Assembly: GCF_964213995.1 (NCBI RefSeq)
Contig: NC_135813.1
Location: 13,764,001 to 13,828,000 of the forward strand
DNA from: Mustelus asterias
Lineage: Eukaryota
Reading direction: 5' to 3'
Length of the DNA stretch: 64,000 bases
Shown here piece by piece: positions 37,481 to 50,812 of this stretch. Position numbers and translations under genes: made by a program. The notes beneath the pieces were generated by a model that saw only the letters and a program-made list of their open reading frames with translations, searched no databases and was not told the DNA's origin. The stretch's first letter is position 1; each line of letters starts with the position of its first letter.

Positions 37481-39394
37481 TTTCACCTTCCAGTGACACC
37501 TAGCAAAGGTGTCACTGCCTGATGCTCCAATGTAGAAAGTGAAATTCTAAACTTGCTTGCGTGTGGCCTACACACAGGGCAGCAAGCATTGCATCAACAG
37601 GTGGGATTATCTGGTTGGACCTCCCCTTCCCATTTTGATGCTGGGTCCTGTGTTCAACGATGTCGACTTTCACCTGGCTGGATCTCAGTTTTCCAAGTTT
37701 CTTAAAATCTTCTTCATGCAAAGCACAAGGTCAACATTAACCTCTTTCAGTGAGGTTTATCATTCATTAGGTGAAAGCCCCTACCATCCAGTCCCAATTA
37801 CCGATAGGTTTTACTACAGACAGTACAGTATTATACCATGGTATTGTATTACAATGCATTTTCCCATTGAGAAAATATGAGATGGAAATTTTCACTGGAT
37901 TTCAAAATAAAATATTATGGTTCACTTAACATTCTTAATGAGTAATAACTTTGATTAGTAGACATTAATAGTTGAGAATAGCATATAAAATTCCATAGTT
38001 TGAACAGGCCATTCAATTTTTCAATCTCCTTATTACTGATTGATAATCAAAGGCATTCACCTCAAACCTCTTTGCCTCTCTTACAGTGTTTTCAAACCCC
38101 AAATGAAGTTACCTATGCTTTAAAACTTTGTATCAGATTAGACTTAGTGAAATTATTCTCCATGGATCAATGATCGAGATCAACTAGAGAAAGAATGAGA
38201 GAGAGGGGTTAATGGATAGTTTTAGCAAAAAAGCCAGCATGGACACAATGGGCCGAACAGCCTTGACCTGTGCTGTGAAACTATAGGATTCGATGATTTA
38301 CTGAACACGGTTGATGTGCCTTTCCCCATTAGTTCAAGAGTGTGCTGATGCTGCCTGATCCCTCTCCAGCTCTCTGTACAACCAGAGAGTGAGGAGGTGT
38401 AGTGTGGGGGACGGGGGAGGGGTGGAGAGTGGGAGGGGTGGAGATTGGGGTGTGAGGGTGGAAGGTGCAATGAGGTGGGGAGGGGGTGGGGGGTACCAGC
38501 TTCCTGATCCTGCAGAGTTTTGGGAGGCTTCCACCGGGAAAGGTGGACGCTGCTCCAACAGCAAGGAAAGGACGAGGGTACCTAAAGATGGAGGGAAGCT
38601 TCATCAAGTTGATGAAACGAAGAGAGTAGAGGAGCGGAGGGGAAAGCACTCTAGAGGAAGAGTTTGGGCCCTTCCCCCACACCGGTCATTGGGGTCTCGG
38701 GGTGGAGGGGGGAAATTATTTGCGAAGTTTCTCTTCTGATGGATACTGCGTTGAGTGGGGAGAATCATTGTTGATGCTGTTCGTGTCTGGGTTCCTTTTC
38801 TCACTTGCTGTATGAGGGAGAGAGGATGTCCTCAGTGCCTTCAGACTACAAGCCCCATGTTTTCACCGAAATCAGAGAGTGAATTGTCAACTTGCTGGAT
38901 GTGTGGTGATAAGTTATTGATGAATTACTCCTTCCGTGTGCAGAATAAATGAGTTACAAAGTGCCTCCCTCCTCTACAACTCCAGATATATGTAACATGC
39001 TTATAAAGCATCTATAGATCAGAACAGTCTGCTTTAGAGATTACACTAACCCATGAACAGAATTGTCTTCCACGTTAAAGGAATTATTACCTTATTTAAA
39101 CAGGAGTAATCCGGTGTAACATGTTATTGCACAGTCAATGATGGAGCCTCCTTCACTCCGGACTTCAATCCAATCCAAGTCGCGGAAAAAGGACCTTTTC
39201 TTGAACGAGCTGAGATATTCCTGTTCTGCCTGAGGAAGGCACATCCTGGACCCAGCCCAGGCCAGCAGCAACCGCCTGGACCCCCCAGTTTTTAAAACTT
39301 CGTTTGCTTTCCACATTTCGCTGGGCTAAAATCATGAAACAATGCAATGTGGCCATTCGGCCTATCGTGTATGTGCCAGCCCTTTGAGAGACGA

Positions 39395-39530
39395 AGCTCT
39401 GACGAAGGGTCCTCCAGACTCGAAACGTTGGCTCTAATCTCTCCCCACAGATGCTGTCAGACCTGCTGAGATTTTCCAGCATTTTCTGTTTTTGTTTCAG
39501 ATTCCAGCATCCACAGTTTTTGCCTTTATC
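39395..39530 (+). mobile_element. Penelope terminal fragment with hammerhead-like core
   Basis: CTGACGA-AGGGTC-CTCCA-GACTC-GAAAC, followed by CACAGATGCTGTCAGACCTGCTGAGATTTTCCAGC. Confidence 0.7.
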
Positions 39531-40894
39531 TTTGGGAATTTTGTCCAATTATTCTTCCTGTTCTTGATCCCTACAGTCCCTGGAATATTTCACTTCCAGA
39601 AAGTTGCGATTGAAACTGCTCCCACCGCGGTGCATTAAGAACTTGCTGGAAAACTCATTTCCCTTCCTGCCCGACCCCCAGGTAAATCTACCGGGGTTTT
39701 GTCCACTGTTCCAGCAATTGGATCAATGGTTGACTCCAGCCCGGGCAGTGACAAGGTGCCTTTTGGCCCAGGTTTCAGGTTTCTTTAATTTGCCGAGAAG
39801 CATGAGGCTCCCGGTTCCTCCCAAACCTTGACCTGTTTGAGGCAATCGCACGTCCACTCAGCACAGGGAGGAAGCCGAGAAATTCAACCGTGTCCCTTTG
39901 CTCAGTGATGTCGCTTTCTATGGAGATGAATAATCCTCTCCAACATGTACAGATTACTTCCTATGTGTGTGGAAAGTGAGGGTCGTGGAACGGCTGGTGT
40001 GGAGGAAACAATTGTTCCAATTCAAAGGGATTGCGATTTAAAGTCGATTTGGGACTCGGACTTGGATTTTCTTCCAAATTTCTCAACGTTTAGAAGTGTA
40101 AAGCTGGTTGGCGAGGTGGGGAGGGGGGTGCAGCAGTCCTGCTGAGATTAGCTGGGGGAGCAACAGAAGTTAATGAAACTTTTCCTAACTCACTTGGGGG
40201 TCTCCAATGAACTTGCTGCTGTCAAACTTCCGACAGCCGTGTTGTCCTTACTGGGGATCGCCGAGTGAGTTGATGTCAATGGTTTACACGGACTCCCAGC
40301 TTCAATATGCACGGGGTGGATGTGGGGTGAAAATGACCAACAACAAGATGCCATTATTATTATGTTGCTCCCCGAAAATAAAACCAAGCGCCGACTAATG
40401 CCAGAGACCGGGCGACGGAAAGAGATAGAGGAGGGTTCTTAGTTGTAAACTGCAGGTATAAATATTCATTTTCCAAACACAAATATACCTTGAAGACGTA
40501 TGAATATTCTATATATGTGCACAAACTCAGTCAAGACCATCAATAAACCCATGCACACAATATATGTACCAATTTACAGAATCTATGATAGGCTGGTGTG
40601 AACAAATTATAATTTGATTAGGAAGAAATAGGAACACAAATTGTCCTAGGTGGGGAAAGACAAAGAGAGAGAGACAAAAAGGAGAGAGAGAGAGAAGACG
40701 GGAGTAAAAACGGTAGCAGGGACAGATGTGTTAATGCCCTGAACAGATAAAGAAAATATTTACAGAGAGATAGAAACACAGATTTAAAACCGACATAGAA
40801 AGTCAGACAGCTACATAGACAGAAACTGGAATTGGTGGAAAGGGAGTTAAAAAACAGGAAAGAAGGAATAAGTTTTACGGGAGCTGAGGTGATT

Positions 40895-41110
40895 CTAGGT
40901 TTTATAACTTGGCGCAGCCACTAATGCGATGCTGTTTCTGCGGGTTGTGATTAATTAACCAGAGTGACACAGTATTTGAGAACGAAATAAATTATTGTGT
41001 CTGTAATTAGTAAACAGCCAAGTGTAAACAGCTCAGAGCGCCGAGAGCAAAAAAAAAACATTTTGGCTTCTCTGGATGTTTGCAGTTGCAACCGGCCATG
41101 GTTTAAAATG
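40895..41110. promoter_or_regulatory. Candidate upstream enhancer of barhl1
   Basis: TTAATTAA, TAATTA and two Forkhead GTAAACA sites within ~100 bp of unique sequence. Confidence 0.4.
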
Positions 41111-41974
41111 AGCCGGTGCAGCCCCAAGACTTGCCAGTCTGGTGGAGTCGCTTATCCAGGGGAAACCCAGAAACTGGCAGCTCCGCCTGTGATCCCGTTT
41201 CACTCTCGCTTATAAAAACCGGATCAGATACGCTCTGTCTCCAACAGATTTTAATTGGATACAGTGCAGCCCTCGCTACCTCGCCACCGCCAAATGTAAC
41301 ACTTTGCAGGTTGCACGGGATATTAATCTTGGTGAATAATTTAACATTATGAAACAGTTATATCTGTTATTAATTCATTCTGAAATGGGTGAAATTTAGT
41401 CACCGTGCCATGTTCAGTCATGCATCTTCTCGTATTGTTGTCTCTTGTTTAATTTTTTGAACACTTTTGAATGTTCGAAATGTTACTTGTGCGATCTCGG
41501 AGGAGGTGAAATCAGATTCCAAAAAAAAAACGCTTTCGGATAGATACAATGTGAATGTTTTCCAGTTCAAAATCTTTGTGCCTGCGAATCTTCCCAGATA
41601 CAACTGTTTCTTCTGTTGCTGTGGAGGTTGTTTCAATAATATCTCCGGATCGATGTGCAGTTATTACAATTACATTGGGAATGATGGAAAGTCGGTTTAA
41701 GAAGAGATCCGACCTTTTATAAATTACTGTCAGGATACATTAGGAAAGTAGCAATTACTGGGAGAAATCGGCATTTAAAATCGGGGCGAGGGGGGGGGGC
41801 GGGTTCATGGCGATTTTTCACCTGTGAATCCTGACCTATATCGATACTGCCCAACACCTGATCAGGGTTAGTGTTTTACCCAGACACAAACCATTTTTAA
41901 CACAACAATCTCTCAATGTCACAGACTCTTTAATTCTAATAGTTGGATCCTACAATCTGCAACGTTACCCAGTA

Positions 41975-42578
41975 CCCCCTGCCCCTCCGCCCCCCCCATC
42001 ACCCCCCCCCCCCCCCACCCCCATCACCCCCCCCCCCCCATCCCCCCTCCTCCAGATCCATCACTGCTTCCAGTGAAACTTGCGGCTGCACAGCCCCAGT
42101 CTGGGTGTCTTTCTCCTCCTGAACTTGTCTCCAGCTCCGAGAGAGGGTCGGCTTTGCAGTCACCGTGATGTCAGGGCGAAGCCCCAATCAGAGCGGCTTC
42201 TTCTCAGACACGTGCTCCAGACATTTAAAAAAAAAGGGGAAAATAAACCTTGCAAAGTGACAGAAGTTCATTTTAGTCCAAAAGTATCTGGAGGAGGCAG
42301 AAATCTGGACTGCCGCTTGGCGGCCCTGCGGAGGAGCGGATTTTTTTGTTGCCCTTGTCCAAGGTGCTGAAACTTGGTCCATGTTCCACTCGCCCCCCTT
42401 TTACAGCCAGATCAAAGCGAAGTTTCAATCTGCTTAGCTTCCGGCTCGCACCAACTTTCTGTCTGGAAATTGGAGCCCAGGGTTTAATTGCTCCGGATCA
42501 TTCTTTGGAAGTTCAAGGGTTTCAGCAAGTTCAGTAGAGTCTCCCCCAGTTCCAGATGACTATTTAACAGAGTCAGCA
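41975..42578 (+). promoter_or_regulatory. barhl1 proximal promoter / 5' UTR region
   Basis: C-rich tract 41975-42052, CCAAT (CCAATCA) at ~42184, CpG-rich sequence and TAATTG at 42485. The TSS cannot be determined from sequence. Confidence 0.5.
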
Positions 42579-43038
42579 ATGGAAGGCTCCAACGGCTCCA
42601 GCTTTGGGATTGACTCGATTTTATCTCACAGGCCAGCCAGCCCCGTCTTACCCAAAGGAGACCCCTTGATGGGCGACTGCCGCTCTCCCCAGGAGATGAA
42701 AGCTGGCCTGAGCCCGGTGTCGGATGTGGGCAGCGAGCAGAGCTCGCCTTCCTCGCCCGGCCTGGAGTGCGACGAGGCGGCGGCGCCGCTGCCGGGGGCC
42801 GCCGGCGGGATGGAGTCGCAATCGCACCCGGGGCAGCTGTGTGCCGTGTCCCAGCCCAGGACTGCTACCTCCTCCTTCCTTATCAGAGACATTCTGGGCG
42901 ATTGCAAACCTTTGGCTGCCTGCGCCCCGTATTCAAGCAGCGGTCAGGCGCCTCAAGAAGCCACTCACAAACACGGGGAAGAATTTAGAGACAAATTGGA
43001 CAAAAGGGAGAACTCGTCCTCAGACACGGAATATAAAG
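42579..43038 (+). CDS. barhl1: BarH-like homeobox 1, coding exon 1 (two eh1/FIL motifs)
   Basis: MEGSNGSSFGIDSILSHRPASPVLPKGDPLMGDCRSP...TSSFLIRDILGDCKPLAACAPYSSSGQ...FRDKLDK...SSDTEYK matches the vertebrate BARHL1 N-terminus. Start context is GCAATGG. Phase-1 donor G|GTAAG at 43038/43039. Confidence 0.96.
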
Positions 43039-44624
43039 GTAAGGGGGGAGGGGGGCGGAGAAACTAGGTCAAACTGAGAAAATGATAAATAATAGAAGTT
43101 CTGGCCGAAAGCTCGAGTGATGATCAAATATAATATACTGAGAAATCGAAAATTCTCAATTCAGGAGAGGAGAGATCACAATAGAAAACTTCTCAATGTT
43201 AGCACTGTTCCTTCAAATACTAAAACTACCGCGTGTGCAACGGATTACGTTTGGATAAAGTATTTTTGTGGCTGTTGGTTTGTCCTTCTCTCCTCGGGCC
43301 GGTGTTGTTATCACAGGAAACCAATAAATCGCTTTTCAATGGTCGCTTTTAGTTAACTAACCCGGTCCCTTTTTCAACAAAGATAATTCTGAAACGCCGG
43401 CTATCGAACTGCAGCAGTGTCGAGTTTAGTATCTTTGAGGCTCTTGCTGCCTCTGTGCCATGCAGACATTTCCATTTCGGGTCGAACTCGCCAATTGCGA
43501 GTCAATCCGCCCATCATCACTTTTACACATAACAGACTTGACCCGTGAATGGGAAACTGTCAGCAAAGGTTTCTCAGTGATCATCGGGTTTAAACCCGCA
43601 GCACTTGACAAAAGATCACAGTGGGTTAGAAATATAGTTATCAATAAAAAAAATACAAGGACGCAGGAAATTAATCGACTCTGTCGGTATTTTGTCCTGA
43701 AATACTCCTTCCTATAAAGCACCTTTGGCAATGGAGGCAGTGCACTTTTTGCGGGAATGGGGGGGAAGAATTTGCCAGATAATATTTTTAATTAATTGAC
43801 AGATCATCGTCATAAAATATAAACTGTTACCTTAACGAAACTACATTTAAATATTGTATAATCCAGTCCGTTAAACTGTTCAATTTTACAATCGAACAAA
43901 CGTCTGTCCTGACCTGTCCCACCAAGTGATAGATTTTTAACAGCAAGATTACTCGGATCTGTGAGATCTCACCTGCTTGCAGCTTTCAAACCAGGCGTTT
44001 AAAAAAATAACAGAGAGTGGTGCATTCTCACTCCGAATTGTAATAACAATTTTGGCAATTTGCAGAGTTGATTTTGGATAAAGTCAAATGTCAAACGATT
44101 GTCAAGAAATCGGGAAATTGAATTTCACCGAATCTAATCTTACTCAGTGAATTGGGATGTGAGTTCCAGACAGAGCAGTGAAAAGTTATTGAAACATTCG
44201 CATAAACGTGTTTTTTTTTGGTGACAGTTTTGCTGTTAAAATCGCGCGAACCTTAAGTTGTTGGATTGAAAAGCAACAACACACCTCCCACATTGAAACA
44301 TTTTCAGCTGAAGGCGGGAAGCCTTGATTGTAACAGGAAAGTATTAGCCAATTGGGAATAAAATGGGAAAGAATGTTGTAAAGAAACTGGGTTTAGGGAG
44401 GCGTGTAACGTTTCAGGATCTGAAGGATATTCCGAAATGTAGAATCATACTCGACTCAATCTCTAAATATATCTTTTTTTTGTGAAATAATTCAGAATCT
44501 ACTCCAAACCAGCAATAAAAATGTGTAATAGTGTGTGTGTGTATGGGGGAAGGGTGACAGTGGGGTTATGGGAGGAGGTTATAAAAGTTTAGATAGTTAA
44601 AACTTTAAAAGAAAGATTAGGTTC

Positions 44625-44830
44625 AGAGTGGCAGCTGCTCGCAGGGCCTCAGTCAATATCAGCCGCTTTCGAACAGCGAAAAAGACATGAATAAATAAAT
44701 GCCATTTTGATAGGACAACCTGTCAAAAGTTAGTACAACTTAACATAAATTAAGGGACGCACAATTGACCAAGGAGCAATAACCGGCCCGGGGCCCATTT
44801 AATAAAGAGACACAGGTTCTGACTGGCCCC
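44625..44830. promoter_or_regulatory. Candidate intron-1 enhancer
   Basis: GCAGCTGC E-box, CTGTCA (Meis/TALE), TAAATTA, ACAAT and TTTAAT cluster. Confidence 0.35.
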
Positions 44831-44940
44831 TACTTTTCTGAGGGAAAACAGAACAAACTTTTCAATCTCAACAACGGAATAAAATCCCGAGTTTACCCAG
44901 AAACTCCGGCCCTATTTCTATAGCCGCAGATTTAAATGTC

Positions 44941-44988
44941 CAACAGTCAGAGGGAACAGTCAGTGGGAACAGTCAGAGTGAACAGTCA
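44941..44988 (+). repeat. 13-bp minisatellite (AACAGTCAG(A/T)G(G/T)G) x ~3.7
   Basis: Direct reading. Confidence 0.8.
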
Positions 44989-47166
44989 CTGCCAGCCTGT
45001 GGTTATGGGAAATTGGCAAAAGTTTGCTAAAGGTACGAGATCGAAAATTAAAATACGTTCGAACAGGGAACACTCCCAAATATATTTATTTCGGCGGAAT
45101 CTTTAAATATTTCATTGGTTTTCACGAGTTTTTAAAAAATGTTTTGTTTCTTTAATTCTGCATTTGGAAGTGTTTAAAAGGTGCAAAGGTTGTAAATGAT
45201 CCGAGTATTTCGGAGTCCTAGAAACTGATTTTTGTGTTTTTTAGTAACCGGTAGATTGGAGTAAAGGGACTTCTGATGTTTCATATTAAAAGGGAGTGTT
45301 TGTTGTCGAACGGTTTTGTATGTCGGTTTGGGGGAGGGTGACACACCGTCTAGTTCGTTACATCATTTCTCTGGAGCCAGAGAGTTTGATATTATCACCA
45401 GCCCATTTATACACCGTACCTGGACCGGTGCTGCGACTGATAACATCTCCCTTGTTGTATTTTAATTTTTTTTTAAAAATCAATCCAACAAAAAAGAGGT
45501 TACAACTTACTGTGGCGAATTTCAGTAAAATAATTGCACGGATCGGGAAATATTAAATATTAGTTTCTGGATGTATTCACATGTTCAGAGACAATGAACA
45601 TATATCCCGGCATTCCTTTATCTCAGGGTAGTGAACAGAAATTATATTTATCCCTGCGTTCAGGCTCGCACAAGGAGCTCGGATTCGCTCTGTGTCTCCT
45701 GGAGTTTTGAGAGTTTAAAACCTGGATTTTGGGGCCGAGGAGTTGGTGTAATTGTGGGAGCCGATTCCGTGCACATTTAAACCCCCCCCCCCCCCCCAGC
45801 AACTGAGAATAGATTGAATGAGTATTGTGAAGAGTAAGGGCCCTTTCTCAATGCCCCTCTGCTGCCCGCAATGAAATGGGGTTCATTTTGTCAATTATCA
45901 ATAAAATAAACTCAGTTTGAGGTCGGTTGTTGGAGCTGCGATTTGGACACAGAAAAATTACGATTCTGTCTGTAACGAGATGAATCGTGTTCACATGAAC
46001 TGGGTGTGGGTGATTAGCGCAGGTTAATGCATTCTGCTTTAGAGGAACAAGTTTAAATGGAGAGATACTAGTTCAGGGGGAGATGTAGGGACAACAGACA
46101 CAAAATCGAGTTGGGTTTTAAGTAGAATGTTTGTGCCGAGCTTATTGCACAAGAAATCTCTTGTCACTGCTCCTCCCTGGGAAGGTTTCGCTTTAAATTG
46201 CGGAATAATCCTCTGATCAGTTTTATTTCCAAGGATTCTGGCCCTTAATCGGCTTTGTTCCCCTCTGAAGGTGGGCGGGTTTCATTTGTAAAACATAATT
46301 TAAATCGTTGCCGTTTTGTGTCGGATGTGCCAGTTTCCTGCACCTAATTGGTACAGCCCGCTTCAAGGAATCGGTGCAATTTGCAAAATAATCCCGTGAT
46401 CGGATTTTTAAAAAGGATAGTTCAATGATTGGGTCTCTAATCGGCCGGATTGCTGCTTTCGACTGCTCTGGGCATTTTCCCTGGTGACTCAATTAAAGGG
46501 ATTATTTTCTTGCCGGCTTGTGGAATTAGACCCACCTATCCTGTCTATTCTGTCTCATTTCTAACTCTGCCGCCCCTTCTCTCTTCCCAATTAAACCCAT
46601 TCGGTAAAAGTGCAAACAAAGAGCTTCTTATTTCACACTTAGGACCGCAGACATCATTGCGGAGTCCGAGATCGGCGGCGCCCGATGTGTGAGCGACTTT
46701 TAAACACAAACAACTCTTTCATGTCATCTTTCAGACTTAACAGAGAAAGGGAAAGTTTTTTTTCTGGAGTAAAGCAGTTCCAAACTCAGTTAGACTCATA
46801 CACACACACACACACAGGGACAGAGAAACAGAGTGCCGTACCTGGATCTTCAGTAATACAAAATTCAGCCACAGAAAGGGGGAACCCCCCAACATAATCT
46901 TTAGGAGCGAGAGGCTGAAACAAAATAATCGCCGGTTAAATGTTAACCATCTTAATGCTGCAAATACTTTGGTTACAGATTATCCAGAACATCTTTTGGG
47001 GCCGTTTAAATAATATTTATCCATGATAATTGTCCAAGTTTGCAAAATGTCGAATATCCTGGAAAATCACCTGAGGGAATTCCCAGAGGATTGCCTAGCC
47101 TAGTTCCCAGATTCCAAATTGGGATCTTAGCACCCCTCCCCCCCCCAAAAAAAAAGTTCGCCTTGA

Positions 47167-47511
<345 letters not shown>

Positions 47512-50500
47512 TGAGACAAACAAAACCCACAGCCAATTAATATCACAAAAAAGATCCAAATCAAACAGAATAATGGATTCAGATAAACTAACACCAAATT
47601 TAAACACAGGTCAACACCAGGAGGTATCTAAATCTTATTTAACATGGCCACATTTTCACAGCTGACACGGGGATCGATATAAATATCAATTCCTATCAGT
47701 GGGAAGTGTAAATGTATAAACCATCATCTCCCCCTCTCTCTCACTCGCACCATCTCCCCAGCTCACTGAAATTAATTATTTGAAGATGCGAATTATAGCA
47801 TCACAAACTCCTAACTGGGTTACAAAGACCGAGCCGGGATTAGGTGTCGGGGTGTTTTAAACTTGCCCGAGCGGATATGAATCACAGCTGCTGCATTGAG
47901 TGGCCGCTGCTCAGAGAGAGCATCAGCGAACGAGGTTTAGTTGAGCAGCCCAGTTTAGTTTGTTCCTATCCTGTTGTGTTGGGTGACCGAAACCACCAAC
48001 TAACTAACAGGGTTGTGGGGGGGTTATAGTCAGCGAGATTTGAAGGTTTTGTAACATCATTCATCAGATCAGATTCTTCCGGGGATTTCTGGATCTGGAT
48101 TTATTTGACAAGGGGTAAATCTTACAGAAACAAAACGTGTCAGAACAGGTTCCCAAAGCTAATGTGGCGCAGGAAAGGAGCCTGGGAAGTCCACTTGCTC
48201 CAAGTTGGACGCAGGGGTTCTAAGAGATCAAAATGTACTTTAAAAAAACAACCCCAGTAACTGAATCAATTTGAATATCAAATACTGGATGGGGCGACAC
48301 TCAAACAGGTCAACAAACTGCAATAGATCTCAGGCCAGAGACTGAGGTGAATAAAGTTTAAAGTCTAATCGATTACAAGGAAATTGTTGGAGTTGACGAT
48401 ATGAATTGTCTCTCTCTCTCTCTGCTGGGATCTTTTTAACATCGAACGAACGATAAGGTCAGCATTATTGGAAGAATCCAGGTTGAGGTACCGAGTATAG
48501 ATTCAAGAAACTTGATAGAAGGCACCACACAGCAATCGCTCTGTTGTAAATTCCCCCAGGAGGGTAGAGATGCAATGAAACTCTCACTGGGGAGAGAGAT
48601 GCCGAAATAAATTTAAGGGAGTAAACTGGATTTAAAAAATTACTATAGTGCGATGAAATCTAAACAAACAGCCCTGTCCAAAATATCCCCAGAATTGTTG
48701 CCGAAAAGAGGTCAAAATGAAAGCCAATCCCGTTGAAACAGGCGAGGCCAGTGGTAGCAACATCTGGCTGAAATACCCACTCCCCAAAAACCAAAACCCT
48801 TTCTCCACAACTCAGTCCAGATGTGGGCGACATTTTGAGGTCCAGTCTTTATGGTGCACATTTCCATCACATTCAGTCAGTTTCTGCATCGGGTAACTCT
48901 GCACGTTCCACCCGAGTGGCGCCTGGTTATATTGGAACCGAAAATGAGACTGGATCATCTCGCTTGTGGCCACCTGAATGGCCAGTGAGTGAGGAGTGAG
49001 CTGGTTATGTGTGGGTGCAGTATCCAATTTCTTGCTGCCTTGTTAACATCTATTCCGTTCAGAAAATAATTAGAACGAGTGGCTTTCTAATCACAGGAGT
49101 TTGCTTTGGGATTAGGCAGCCACCTGTCATGGCGCCCCCCCTCCTTCTCTGCACCCCCCCTCCCCCCCCATCCCACTATCTAATGTTGGTAACACCTAGA
49201 ATGAGAGCCTATATTTACGCACCAGTTATCAGATCGGATCTGTCGCCGAGCCTGGGTGTAAAGCATTTATTACCTGGATTTACTAACCGCCTCCTTTAAG
49301 GAATCAGTCGGTTTAATTCCCCAGAGGAGACTGTACAATACAGACTCGGCCAGAGGAAGTGTACACTATACCCCCCGAGCTGCAATTACCCTTAAATATC
49401 ATTCAAACTACTCTCCTAACTGAGCCCAAACGAGGAGATGATGAAAAGTGTCTACAGCTCAAGGTATAGCTACAAGAACACAAAGAGCAGCAATGATTTG
49501 CCGGCACCCCGGAGCGAGCAGTTACATAAAGCTGTCAAACTAACTAGGATTGAAAATTCTGCTCGGGGAAAGGACAAGGGCGACACTTGAATCAAGAGTC
49601 TGTGTAGTTTCTGCGTTATTTAATGATAGCACAGGACAGTGACACCGGGTTGAATATAAATATAGATTATGCACACACACACACACACACAGAGACAGGC
49701 AAATACCTTCAGACTGTTATGTTAGTGTAAAGAACTTTATGAGTTTTACGAATGCGCTTTGATGTTTTCTCCAACTCTCGATCGCCACTTTAAAATCCAT
49801 CAATTCTGGCCACCAGTTGTGTTCATATTAAAGCCGTCAGATAAAGGGGGTAAATCCTGCCAACATGCTGTTTGTCACCGAATGTTCTTCTCATCCCAAG
49901 CAGAGGAGGGTTCGGGGACTCAGTCTGAATATAGACTCGCCCCCAGCATACAGTGATATCATTGCACAGCCCTAACTCTCACACCACTTATTATAAGTTT
50001 CATTCATTCCCCTTTCGTTCGCATGTCCCCCTCTTTATAAACGGGCACCGGATTATTGTTCAAGGAACTGCAGCAATCATTCTCATCAAGAGTTTTCAAC
50101 AGTAAAGAGTGAAATCCTCAACTGAATCAAATGAAGGTTTTCCCCCGTCCTGATTTTAAAACCAAATCATTGCAACAACCCGCTCCCCGGACATATAAAT
50201 AAACAGTTCAGGTATTTATCGATAACAGGTCCTCAAATGTCCCGCAATTCTCCACAGGTCTGAGTGGGTTCAAGCTCTGCCCTTGTCCACTTTATCCATT
50301 ATATTTTTGTGAGGATTCAATCGCTCGGTAATTGCATGGATTTAGACCCAGTTCTGCTCGACCCAAGGTAAAGGACTGATTCCGGAGCCCGGTCACCAGT
50401 AATAATGAGCACAGGGCGATGGAGAGAGGAGGTGGGACAGCTCCTGTGAGCCGCAGCGATAACAGGGGGACAGGTTCAGGGTGTAACTCCCGCCGCCACT

Positions 50501-50629
50501 TACCTCCCAGCGCTTGCCATTCAGTCCCAGGAACCTGCCGGAGGCACTGTCTGCCTTTGCGAGCTCTTAACCTGACACATTCAATCTCAGTCCATTAAGA
50601 CATCTTTGAACTGGAGACGGCGAGGAGCG

Positions 50630-50812
50630 GGGCTTAATTAAAAGATAATCGATCGATTGATTGGTGACAGATTTGGGATCCTCCGAGAGACCCGCTGCCT
50701 TTCAAAATTAAACTGACAAATCCCCATTAGTGGAAACACTGACAGCTCATAAATCCATTAATGGAAATCGCCACCATTATTTCTCCCGCTTCCCTTAAAC
50801 CGACTGTCAAAG
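50630..50812. promoter_or_regulatory. Candidate intron-2 conserved enhancer
   Basis: CTTAATTAA, ATCGATCGAT, GATTGATTGG and TGACAG (x2), CTGTCA, CCATTAATGG. Confidence 0.45.

Noticed and set aside
39125-39296. Coding-looking GC-balanced stretch upstream of barhl1
   Set aside because: No recognisable protein similarity in any frame and no convincing splice pair.
44941-44988. CRISPR-like or other prokaryotic repeat systems
   Set aside because: This is eukaryotic DNA, and the repeats are simple tandem units without spacers.
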